Source: an uncultured Eubacteriales bacterium (GTDB lineage: Bacteria; Bacillota; Clostridia; Christensenellales; Aristaeellaceae). Taken from it: 64,000 bases of DNA. Where the stretch lies: positions 17,480 through 81,479 of the forward strand of contig CACYGY010000003.1 in NCBI GenBank assembly GCA_902774025.1, given 5' to 3'. The translations under genes were made by a program, and so were the position numbers. Under the pieces are notes generated by a model, which was not told the origin of the DNA, searched no databases, and saw only the letters and a list, made by a program, of their open reading frames with translations. Below, piece after piece: positions 32,746-41,156 of the stretch (the first letter of the stretch is position 1; each line of letters opens with the position of its first letter).

Positions 32746-33978
32746 TCACGGGCGGCAGCTGCCCATTTCCCGGAACATGGTCAGAACCAGCAGATTCCAG
32801 TTGATAAAACCGCCGTTCATGATGGGATCGCCGGTGAGGGGAGAGTAGAATTCGTGGAGGCATCCGGTTTTTTCCAGATCCTCTGACAGAAGGTGCAGGG
32901 ACTGCTCTGCGATCCTTTCGGCATCCTCCCGGTAGCCGTAGTTCATAAGCCCCCGGAATACGCAGTAGTTGGTCACCAGCCAGACGGGCCCCAGCCAGTT
33001 GGAGGGATTGATGGTTTTCTCCAGATTGAACATGGGTTCATTCATGGCCAGGGAAGGAATGCCCCAGGGGGCGGCAAAGGTATCGGCACACAGGATCTGC
33101 TCACGGAGGGCTCCGGCCTGCTCCCGGGTGGCGAACCCCGCCAGCAGGGGCAGAAAGCCTGACCAGACCCGTATGCGGATGGGCAGGCCCTTCCAGAAGA
33201 CCCCGAGCCCCTGGTGAAACCAGTCATACCTGCGGGTATGCACGTCCACATCCAGGGAATAATAGAAGCGGTCCCGGGGATCCCACAGATGGGTCTGGAT
33301 GGAGCGGATCAGGGCCTGCCGCTCAGCGGCCCAGGGACTTCCGTCTCTTCCCAGAGCCAGGCAGATTTCCTCCATGGCCTTCAGTTCCATGACCATAAAG
33401 CTGTTGAGGAAGATACTGGCGGTGCTGTCCGGGGGACGGCCGAAGGAGGCGGGATCATTGTCCACGCCGATCATGATGTCATCGTGCCAGACGTAGAGGC
33501 CGGTGCTTTCGTGAAAATAGGTGCGGTAGAAGCGGAAGTATTTTTCCAGCTGCTCCTGGAAAGGTTCCGCCCAGGAAAAGTCTTCCTGTTCCCGGGAGAT
33601 GAGGAGGATCTGCTGGCAGAGAAAAGGCTTGTGCATGTTCATCCGGACACCTTCCAGATGCCGCATGTTCAGGTAAGGCATGGGATACCTGTCCGCCTCC
33701 ACCATCATGGGGATATATCCGTCGGACAGCTGATGGTCCAGAAAGTTCAGGACGTTGCCCCGGGCGTGGGTCAGGACCTGCTGATCCAGAGACGGGGAAA
33801 GGCGGTCCCGGATGGAGAACAGGCCGTAGACGGACCAGTAGGTGTCCCAGTCCCAGCAGTTTCCATCATAGACGGAGCCCGGATCAATGAAGGGATAGTG
33901 AATGTATGCCCGGGGCTGCTTCAGAAGGCCGGGAATACTCTCCACGAGATAGTCTTCCAGATGATTCAGGGAACGCAT
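32746..33978 (-). CDS. GH63-like / MGH1-like (alpha/alpha)6 glycoside hydrolase
   Basis: Motifs CWDWDTYW, GVDNDPASFGRP and a C-terminal EFYSPLTG resemble the GH63 / mannosylglycerate-hydrolase / trehalase superfamily. ATG 33978 lies 5 nt after GGAGGA. Confidence 0.65.
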   Translation of the reverse strand: MRSLNHLEDYLVESIPGLLKQPRAYIHYPFIDPGSVYDGNCWDWDTYWSVYGLFSIRDRLSPSLDQQVLTHARGNVLNFLDHQLSDGYIPMMVEADRYPMPYLNMRHLEGVRMNMHKPFLCQQILLISREQEDFSWAEPFQEQLEKYFRFYRTYFHESTGLYVWHDDIMIGVDNDPASFGRPPDSTASIFLNSFMVMELKAMEEICLALGRDGSPWAAERQALIRSIQTHLWDPRDRFYYSLDVDVHTRRYDWFHQGLGVFWKGLPIRIRVWSGFLPLLAGFATREQAGALREQILCADTFAAPWGIPSLAMNEPMFNLEKTINPSNWLGPVWLVTNYCVFRGLMNYGYREDAERIAEQSLHLLSEDLEKTGCLHEFYSPLTGDPIMNGGFINWNLLVLTMFREMGSCRP

Positions 33979-34010
33979 GGCATCCTCCAAAACACGGTCA
34001 GGGCACAGCG

Positions 34011-34040
34011 GAAGGCAGGAGAAACCGGTCTCCTGCCTTC
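34011..34040 (-). other. Perfect 12-bp intercistronic stem-loop between the GH127-like and downstream GH63-like genes
   Basis: GAAGGCAGGAGA-AACCGG-TCTCCTGCCTTC with no U tract, inside a 79-nt gap. Confidence 0.6.
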
Positions 34041-34057
34041 TGCTGTATTCCTTGGGT

Positions 34058-35761
34058 TCAGTTCTTTGGTCTGGACTGCTGGGTGGGGCCGTAATTGGCG
34101 GCACCGCCGAAGGTGACGTCCTCAGGTCCGGGCAGGACCGGAGGAAGGCTCAGATCCCGCTGGTAGAGACGCAGATGCTCCCCCGGGGGATCCATGGCGA
34201 TGACGTCCGGGCCGCGCCAGGACACGGTATAGACCCGGCCGGCGGCCTCCTCCCGGCGCTGCACGGTTTCCATGGGGAAAAGGAGCTCCACACGGCTGAG
34301 CGCGGGGACGGGATCCGTGAGGATCAGACCCTTTTCCAGACGGAAGGGATGGGGCTGCCGGTTCACCAGGCAGGTGAAGTTCTGTCCCATGTAGGGATAG
34401 TACCGGAAAGCGACGGGCCTGTCCCGGAAGGGGGTCAGGCAGATACGGCCTTCGTCGGGAATCCAGCTTTCCATCTCCCAGTCTGCTGTTTTGCGGCAGA
34501 AGGGGAAGTTCACCGTCAGCAGGGAACCTTCCTCCGTGACGGCCCTGTCCCAGATCAGGGCAATGGCCATGGGGGCCGTGCCGGCGCAGCATCCCGCGAT
34601 GGAGCGGAATTTGGACAGGGCGATGCTGTTGGGGAGGGAACCGCCGGTAAACCCGCCCGCCATGCGGTCGTCCAGATGCTTCCAGGTCTTGCCTTCCGCG
34701 TCCGGCCGGTCATTGTCCACCTGGACATACCCGGTATAGTTCATCTGATTCTCCACCAGATGATTCCGGGAGAAGAGGAGCATGTCTTCCCAGTACTGGT
34801 CATATCCCTTCCGGATCAGGCGGTCCGCCAGGACCAGCATATCCTTGATGCAGCAGGTTTCGCAGTGTTCCTCCTGCATGGGATGCCACTGGGCGTATTC
34901 AGGCACCCACCCGAAGGAGGAGGATATGGACCGGACATAGTCATAGATTCCTCTGGCGGCCCGGAGGTATTCGTCATTTCCGGTGATTTCCGTCAGGTCG
35001 CACAGACCGCAGGCGGTCCACGTGGCGGAATGGACATGGCCAAAGAAGGCGTACTGCCAGTTGAGATACCGGGAGGGGCCCAGAAGATGATTGGCCAGAC
35101 CCAGGGCCAGATCCAGGGCGACGGGATCCCCTGTGTCCATGTACCGTTCCGTAAGGGCGGGGATCAGGACGCTGTGGCGGATGGGCTGTTCACCCCGGCC
35201 GGTATACCGGGTCAGATCGAATCCTCCCTCAAGGAGGTATACATCATTGGGAAACTCATAGATGGGTCTGTCTTCCGGCGTGTCCCCGCTCCAGAAGGTT
35301 TTGACTTCCCGCTGCACGACAAGTCCGCGCATCCCCCGCACAAGCCCGGAGGTTTTCGCCTGAAGATCGGCGTCATCCGGATACTTCCGGAGCATCCGGT
35401 TCAGGGCGGGAAGGATATAGCCCATCTCATGGAAGGAGGAGTGCATGGTATGGGTCCAGGGATAGCGGGCATGGTATCTCAGTCCCTGCGGGCCCCAGGA
35501 GGAGCGGAGGAAATCCTCAAAGGAATGAAGCACATCCATGCCTTCCCGGGTCTGAAGCACATGCATGCAGCTGTCCAGCCCCTCATACCAGGAACCCACC
35601 AGTTCCGCATCATCCACCCGGCAGTGGGCCGCCTCGGCGGGCTTGAGATTGGGAAGGATGAGCCAGTAGGGCAGATGATTCCGCTCGGGGTCCACCATAT
35701 GGGTGAGATAGTGATGGGCGTGTTCAGCCATGGAACGGGGATCAAAGGAACGGTAACGCAT
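34058..35761 (-). CDS. Putative glycoside hydrolase with a GH127-like Glu/Cys metal-site motif
   Basis: An E-T-C triad (HCETCC) followed 88 residues later by a GCC pair resembles the Glu-x-Cys ... Cys-Cys zinc/nucleophile arrangement of GH127 beta-L-arabinofuranosidases. AAGGAGG SD. Confidence 0.5.
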   Translation of the reverse strand: MRYRSFDPRSMAEHAHHYLTHMVDPERNHLPYWLILPNLKPAEAAHCRVDDAELVGSWYEGLDSCMHVLQTREGMDVLHSFEDFLRSSWGPQGLRYHARYPWTHTMHSSFHEMGYILPALNRMLRKYPDDADLQAKTSGLVRGMRGLVVQREVKTFWSGDTPEDRPIYEFPNDVYLLEGGFDLTRYTGRGEQPIRHSVLIPALTERYMDTGDPVALDLALGLANHLLGPSRYLNWQYAFFGHVHSATWTACGLCDLTEITGNDEYLRAARGIYDYVRSISSSFGWVPEYAQWHPMQEEHCETCCIKDMLVLADRLIRKGYDQYWEDMLLFSRNHLVENQMNYTGYVQVDNDRPDAEGKTWKHLDDRMAGGFTGGSLPNSIALSKFRSIAGCCAGTAPMAIALIWDRAVTEEGSLLTVNFPFCRKTADWEMESWIPDEGRICLTPFRDRPVAFRYYPYMGQNFTCLVNRQPHPFRLEKGLILTDPVPALSRVELLFPMETVQRREEAAGRVYTVSWRGPDVIAMDPPGEHLRLYQRDLSLPPVLPGPEDVTFGGAANYGPTQQSRPKN

Positions 35762-35770
35762 ACATCCTCC

Positions 35771-37456
35771 TTACGCTTCGGGAATGCCGAAGAGAGACGG
35801 ATTTTCCAGCATCATGGCAGCGCAGAGGGTGGCCGTCCAGCCATAGTCCCGGATGGTCTGGTAGCGCACCTCCGGGGCATAGGGCTCCACAACCGGCCCC
35901 TTGCGGTAAAGCGCTCTCGGACTGTTCAGGCCCTGTGGGTCATACATTTCGTAGACCACCCCGTCGGTGAGATAGAACCGGCGGATGTTCTCCACTGTTT
36001 TCAGGATCAGGCTGTCGGCAAGCTCTGTCATGCCATAGGCCCTCAGGCCCAGGGCCGTCATGTAGTTCATATTGATCCATACGGGTCCCCGCCACATATC
36101 CGTCCCGTACAGGGGATGGGAGCGGGCGATGGTGGGCAGGGGAAGCGGGGTGCCGAAGGCATCCGGGTCCGTAAGCGCCCGGGCCATTTTTCCGGCCATT
36201 TCCGGGGTGGGAATCCCGGCCAGGAGGGGGAGGAAGGAGGCGCAGGAGAAAACGAGGGTCTTTTCTCCGCTGCGAAGGTCCAGATCGGTATACAGTCCCG
36301 ATTCCTCGTCCCAGAGACAGCGGTTCACCCGCTCCTTCAGATCCCGGGCCTGCCTGTCCCAGTCTTCCCCGTCTTCGCCGAGGCAGGACAGGATTCCGGC
36401 CATGCACTGCATTTCCTGGACCATGAAGGTGCAGAAGTCCACGCAGCCCATGGGCCGGGGATGGTCAAAGCGGGGAGAATTGTCCATGCCGCTTTCGTCA
36501 CAGCGGTTCCTGGGCATGTCCTCCCGGATATACCAGCCGTACAGTCCTGTTTCCGCGTCCATGCGGTTTTCCCGGTTCCATTCCAGGTACCGCCGGAGCT
36601 TTGGCACGGCCCGGGCCGCAAAGTCCCGGTCGCCGGTTCTTTCCAGATACCGCAGAATCCCCCAGGCAAGGACGGGGGGCTGGGTGATGCCGGAAACGGT
36701 ATGGGGCCTGGCCATGTGGGGAATCATCCCGGAGCTCTGCTGGGTGTCCAGAACGGACTGAAGAGCGTCCCGCGCCAGTTCCGTTTCCATGTGGATCATG
36801 CCGAAACTGTGGAAAACGCTGTCCCAGAGCCAGAGCATGGCATGGGGGATACGGTCCGGAGTGGTCCATCTCTGGCGGAACATGCCGCAGGGACTGTAGA
36901 CCTGGGAGCGCATGACGGAGATGCACTTGAGGAGGAGCTGCCTGTCCTCTGCCTTTTCCGGCATGCGGTCCCGGAAAGCTCTGTAGTAATTCAGACGCTT
37001 GTCCCGGAGGGTCTCCACTTCCCGGGGGGTGACGGGCACGGCTTCCCGGAGGGACAGGGTGAAAACGGTGCCCTCCTCCCTGTCTTCCCGGAAAAGATAG
37101 AATCCGCAGTTTTCCGGAGTTCCTTCCGTGTCCACCATCCGCAGGCGCAGGGAGCCCGGGGGGCAGAGGCCGGCGACGGTGACCTGGTCCAGAAAGGTGA
37201 GGATCAGGGGAAATTCATGGCCCCCGCGGTCCGTGAGAAACGCGAGAATCAGATCCGAGCTCACCAGGTCGTAGCGAATATCCCGGATATACCGCAGGGA
37301 AAAGTACAGGTCCAGGGCTTCCTCACGGCCCCGGAGACGGACGCCCAGCAGGTCGCCCAGCAGGGAGCCGTTCATACATTCCGGGGGACAGCAGGGACCG
37401 TCCAGGCCGGAAAAGGCAAACAGGGCACCCTGGCCCCAGACATTGGGCATGATCAT
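35771..37456 (-). CDS. GH63-like / MGH1-like (alpha/alpha)6 glycoside hydrolase
   Basis: Motifs LWLWDSVFH, CDESGMDNSPRFD and GPVWINMNY are typical of the GH63/MGH1 catalytic domain. The ATG overlaps the PHP gene stop (ATGA). Confidence 0.7.
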   Translation of the reverse strand: MIMPNVWGQGALFAFSGLDGPCCPPECMNGSLLGDLLGVRLRGREEALDLYFSLRYIRDIRYDLVSSDLILAFLTDRGGHEFPLILTFLDQVTVAGLCPPGSLRLRMVDTEGTPENCGFYLFREDREEGTVFTLSLREAVPVTPREVETLRDKRLNYYRAFRDRMPEKAEDRQLLLKCISVMRSQVYSPCGMFRQRWTTPDRIPHAMLWLWDSVFHSFGMIHMETELARDALQSVLDTQQSSGMIPHMARPHTVSGITQPPVLAWGILRYLERTGDRDFAARAVPKLRRYLEWNRENRMDAETGLYGWYIREDMPRNRCDESGMDNSPRFDHPRPMGCVDFCTFMVQEMQCMAGILSCLGEDGEDWDRQARDLKERVNRCLWDEESGLYTDLDLRSGEKTLVFSCASFLPLLAGIPTPEMAGKMARALTDPDAFGTPLPLPTIARSHPLYGTDMWRGPVWINMNYMTALGLRAYGMTELADSLILKTVENIRRFYLTDGVVYEMYDPQGLNSPRALYRKGPVVEPYAPEVRYQTIRDYGWTATLCAAMMLENPSLFGIPEA

Positions 37457-38889
37457 GAATCGTTCCTCCCCATGGATCCTTCTTCAAAGCCGAAGTATTT
37501 CCGGCGCATTCTCTGTGTCCGGCCGTGGATGGCATTCAGGACCTGAAGGGCCTCCTGCTTTTCCTCTCCGGACCCCGTGACATACTGTTTCATGGCCCGG
37601 CCTTCCTCAAAGCACAGTTCGTCATGCAGAGGGAAATAGTGCCGCAGAAGGAAGCAGGCATACTGCACCAGGCGGAAATCCCCCACCAGACGGAATTCCC
37701 TGCTGATGGTGTCCACCGCCACGGAGCGGAAGGAGCGCACGGCTTCCAGCAGGTCTTCCCGGGTGTTGCGGGGGGCAAAGATGATGGTGGAGCAGATCAG
37801 GGCGTTGCGGTTGGTGGGATTGGAATTGTGACTGTCCGTGCTTCCCACGATGGGATACCGGAAACCCCGGGCCCTGTCCTCATAGTAGCGGGTGGTCTGG
37901 AACCCGTTCTGTTCGTAGTAGTTTTCACCCCCCAGCACCTCCAGGACATCAAAGAGGCGGTTCTCCAGGAGATAGTCATAGAGCCCCCGGGGGATATGGA
38001 ACACATCATGGATCCAGTAGGGATGGGGGAAGACTGCCAGGCCGCCGCTGCGCCGGATTTCCCCGAAGGCCCAGGTCATGCCCGCGGCGGGAATGGGATC
38101 CACACCCTGGGGAAAGGTCCGGCTGTCCAGAATGGCCTGAAGCGTCCTTTCATACTCTGCCTGGTTCATCACCGGGGGACACTGCCCTGTGAGGGAGCGG
38201 CTCAGATCGTCGGTGGGGATGTTGTCCACGTCATCCCGCTCAATCATGGCGTTGACGGAATAGGTGCCGCCCAGATTGATCATGTGGGGGTCGATGAAAT
38301 GATCAAAGGCTTTGGGCAGGTGCACCTCCTCACCGGGCAGGATGGTGAGGTCCACCGGGAGTTTCTCAAAAAAGCGCATGGCTTCGAGGGAAGGATAGTA
38401 CCGGCGGTGATCCGTGATGCAGATGAAATCGTATCCCTGTTTCCGGTAGTTGGCGCAGACCACCTCCGGACTCTGGCTGCCGTCGGAATAGGTGGTATGG
38501 ATATGCAGGTCTCCCAGATAGGGGAACATGCCGAAAAGATCCGGGGCGACGCAGTACACGCAGAATCTTTCCTGTTTCTCCCTTCCCCGGCTGTCCGTGT
38601 AGGGGATGTCCAGGAAGTATTCCTGCTCCTGTGTAAAGGTATGGCGGAAGCGGAGCACCCCTGTTTCGTCGCAGAGGCAGGTTATGCTCTGAAAATCGGA
38701 GGAAATGGGGAAGTATTCGGGCTTGCCTCCGTCAATGGCCTTGATGATGACCGTACATTCCTTTCCCGGCCGGAAACAGCCGGAAACACCCAGAGGGCGG
38801 ATGGTGATCTCCGTCTCCACACCCTGGCGGACAACCCGGGGAAACAGATCATAGCTGAAGAGATTTTCCTGCTCCACAGGGAACGCCAT
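37453..38889 (-). CDS. PHP-domain metal-dependent phosphoesterase with an N-terminal beta-domain of about 125 aa
   Basis: PHP motifs GDLHIHTTYSDGS, ICITDH, GEEVH and GSTDSH. ATG 38889 (MAFPVEQ) has better SD spacing than ATG 38898. Confidence 0.7.
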   Translation of the reverse strand: MAFPVEQENLFSYDLFPRVVRQGVETEITIRPLGVSGCFRPGKECTVIIKAIDGGKPEYFPISSDFQSITCLCDETGVLRFRHTFTQEQEYFLDIPYTDSRGREKQERFCVYCVAPDLFGMFPYLGDLHIHTTYSDGSQSPEVVCANYRKQGYDFICITDHRRYYPSLEAMRFFEKLPVDLTILPGEEVHLPKAFDHFIDPHMINLGGTYSVNAMIERDDVDNIPTDDLSRSLTGQCPPVMNQAEYERTLQAILDSRTFPQGVDPIPAAGMTWAFGEIRRSGGLAVFPHPYWIHDVFHIPRGLYDYLLENRLFDVLEVLGGENYYEQNGFQTTRYYEDRARGFRYPIVGSTDSHNSNPTNRNALICSTIIFAPRNTREDLLEAVRSFRSVAVDTISREFRLVGDFRLVQYACFLLRHYFPLHDELCFEEGRAMKQYVTGSGEEKQEALQVLNAIHGRTQRMRRKYFGFEEGSMGRNDS

Positions 38890-38906
38890 GCATATCATCC
38901 TTTCTT

Positions 38907-41129
38907 TCAGGTTCTGTTCTTGTCGGTATGAGAGGAATACTGCCTGTATTCGCTCAGTGTCATGCCGTAGTATTCCCGGAATTTTCCGGCAAAGTACTGA
39001 AGCCGGCTGTAGCCGATGGCCTCACAGATCTCCTCATTGGTCATTTCACCCTCCCGCAGGAGCCTGGCAGCGTGCTCCATGCGTTTTTTCTGCAGACAGT
39101 CCATGAGCTTTTCCCCGGTTTCCTGATGGAACACACGGCTCAGGTGTCCGGTGGAAATGCCCAGGGCATCCGCCACATACTGGGTGGACAGGTCCGCGGG
39201 GGGACACTTGTCAATGACCTGTCTGGCAAGGGTCACCATGCTCCGGTTTCCCGTGTCGCTTTCCTTTTTCAGGTATTCGGCCAGCTTCAGACAGTCGGAT
39301 TTCATCCGGGCCTCAAAGCTCTCAATGTCTTCCAGATGGTAATAGACCTGCATCAGGTCCTGGCCGTAAACGGCCTGGGGACTGGTGTGCACGTCAAAGG
39401 CCGCCTGGACCAGAAAGGCGCCGGTGAGCAGCATGACGGAGCGAACGGTACTCAGATAAGGGATCATGTTTCTCAGTTCCGTGACGATTTCCTCAATCCG
39501 CTGCATGGCCTCCTGGGTTTTTCCCGCCGCCGCCAGGCGGGGCAGGACCGCGAGGTGCACCATGATTCCGGCGATGACCCGGTCTGCGGAGGCATGTTCC
39601 TCTTCCGTGCGGAAAATGCAGACCCGGCGGTTCCGGTCAAAATAGCGTTCGGTCAGGGCTCTGCGGGCACAGCGGTAGGAGACCCCGAGGGGAGCGGTTC
39701 TGTCCACGGGAAGGCCGACACCGAAGGTGAGGGATGAATCGGGGGTGTCCCGGACCACCTCCTCCAGTCTTTCGGGGATCCTTTCCTCATCCTCCTTTTT
39801 CAGGTTCAGCAGGCAGATCCATTCCCGGCGTCTGGACTGGAAGATCTCCACCTGACAGTCCAGGGAGCGGAAGGCGGCGTTCAGGGCCTCCTCCTCTTCC
39901 CGGGCCGGGGCATCGCTGAGCATGAGGCACAGGAGCCGGTCATGGGGAAGCAGGATCCCCAGCTCAGGCAGGGAATGGGTGTAGACCGCCTCATCGCTGA
40001 TGAGGCTGTTCAGATAGGCCTCCCGCAGCTGCAGGCGGCTTTTTTCAATCTCCTGTTCCCGCTCCAGGCGGCTTTCCTCCATGTTTTCCAGCTGATTTTC
40101 CATCATGGAAAAGGTCTGGTCCGGGCTGTACAGGCGGCCCTGGCGGGATTCCGGCAGCTGCATCTGGCGGACCAGGCGCTTCATGGGATAGGCGTAGTGC
40201 TTGGAGTGCACATACAGAACCAGACCGAGGGCGAGGAGCATCACCAGAATGGTGATGAGAATCCACCCCATGAAGGAAGGCTCCAGGGTCAGAGGCATTT
40301 GTGTCCTGACAATGGCGAGCTCCCAGTCCATGATATGGGCGCGCGTACAGGCAGTCATGGCCTTCTGTCCGTCGGGCAGGGTAACCTCCTCTCCCGACAG
40401 AAGAGCCGCCCCCTGATCTGCAAGGTCGGGTGATTCTGAGCACAGAACGGTTCCCTTTCCATCCATGAGCACGAGCGAATCCTGACTCTGCAGGCTCCTC
40501 AGGCAGGAGCGGACGGAGGCCAGGAAGGACTCTTCGCGACAGGAGAGGATCAGGACAGGCTCCTCATCCGGTGTGAACACACCGGGATAACGCCGGAGAT
40601 GGCTGATCCAGCCCTGGACATCCAGGCCTTCGGTTTCTGTCCGCCTGAGCCACAGGGATTCCCCGTAACCCAGCTGTTCCCAGTAGGCGTCCATCCGGTC
40701 CGGCCGGTATTTCTTATCCTCCAGAAAGCGCACGCCCCGGGTGCCCACCAGAAGACGGGAGGCGGGAAAGTACAGGTCCAGCTCCTCCACGGCGGGGAAG
40801 GCAGACTTCACCTCCGTGAGAAGGCTCTTCAGCTTCAGGATCTGTCCGGAGGGGGGCCGGGAAGCTCTGGCCAGGGTGGCGATGGAGGACTCTGAGGCAT
40901 CCCTGGCGGCAATGCGCAGGGGAATCTGCCGGGTCATGGCGTCCACCAGCTGAGAGTCCATGTTGTTCACAAGGGCAGAAAGCTGGGCGGTGAGATGATC
41001 CTGGTTTTCCCGGCGGAGCATATCCTGTCTCAGGGCGTACAGAAGACATCCGAGAAGCAGGGCCACCACCAGAAAGATGGCTGTCACATAAAGGGTGACC
41101 ACATTGATTTTCCGCTCTCTGTTTTTCAA
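38907..41129 (-). CDS. Transmembrane one-component regulator: extracytoplasmic sensor domain, cytoplasmic linker and AraC-type HTH
   Basis: TM helices at about res 11-33 and 295-316 flank a loop of about 260 aa. The C-terminal 100 aa carry the AraC double HTH (ALGISTGHLSRVF...ICEAIGYSRLQYFAGKFREYYGMT). Confidence 0.8.
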   Translation of the reverse strand: MKNRERKINVVTLYVTAIFLVVALLLGCLLYALRQDMLRRENQDHLTAQLSALVNNMDSQLVDAMTRQIPLRIAARDASESSIATLARASRPPSGQILKLKSLLTEVKSAFPAVEELDLYFPASRLLVGTRGVRFLEDKKYRPDRMDAYWEQLGYGESLWLRRTETEGLDVQGWISHLRRYPGVFTPDEEPVLILSCREESFLASVRSCLRSLQSQDSLVLMDGKGTVLCSESPDLADQGAALLSGEEVTLPDGQKAMTACTRAHIMDWELAIVRTQMPLTLEPSFMGWILITILVMLLALGLVLYVHSKHYAYPMKRLVRQMQLPESRQGRLYSPDQTFSMMENQLENMEESRLEREQEIEKSRLQLREAYLNSLISDEAVYTHSLPELGILLPHDRLLCLMLSDAPAREEEEALNAAFRSLDCQVEIFQSRRREWICLLNLKKEDEERIPERLEEVVRDTPDSSLTFGVGLPVDRTAPLGVSYRCARRALTERYFDRNRRVCIFRTEEEHASADRVIAGIMVHLAVLPRLAAAGKTQEAMQRIEEIVTELRNMIPYLSTVRSVMLLTGAFLVQAAFDVHTSPQAVYGQDLMQVYYHLEDIESFEARMKSDCLKLAEYLKKESDTGNRSMVTLARQVIDKCPPADLSTQYVADALGISTGHLSRVFHQETGEKLMDCLQKKRMEHAARLLREGEMTNEEICEAIGYSRLQYFAGKFREYYGMTLSEYRQYSSHTDKNRT

Positions 41130-41156
41130 AAACGGTCCTCCTCAACGGTGATTTCC

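Noticed and set aside
33977-37546. A 1189-aa plus-strand ORF spanning 3.6 kb.
   Set aside because: It is antisense to the GH127-like and GH63-like genes and lies in exact codon register with both (lower codon coordinates congruent modulo 3). It therefore stays open simply because the sense genes avoid TTA, CTA and TCA codons. Its translation is Gly/Pro/His/Ala-rich with no motifs, no SD and no promoter. The minus-strand proteins carry clear glycosidase motifs and SDs.
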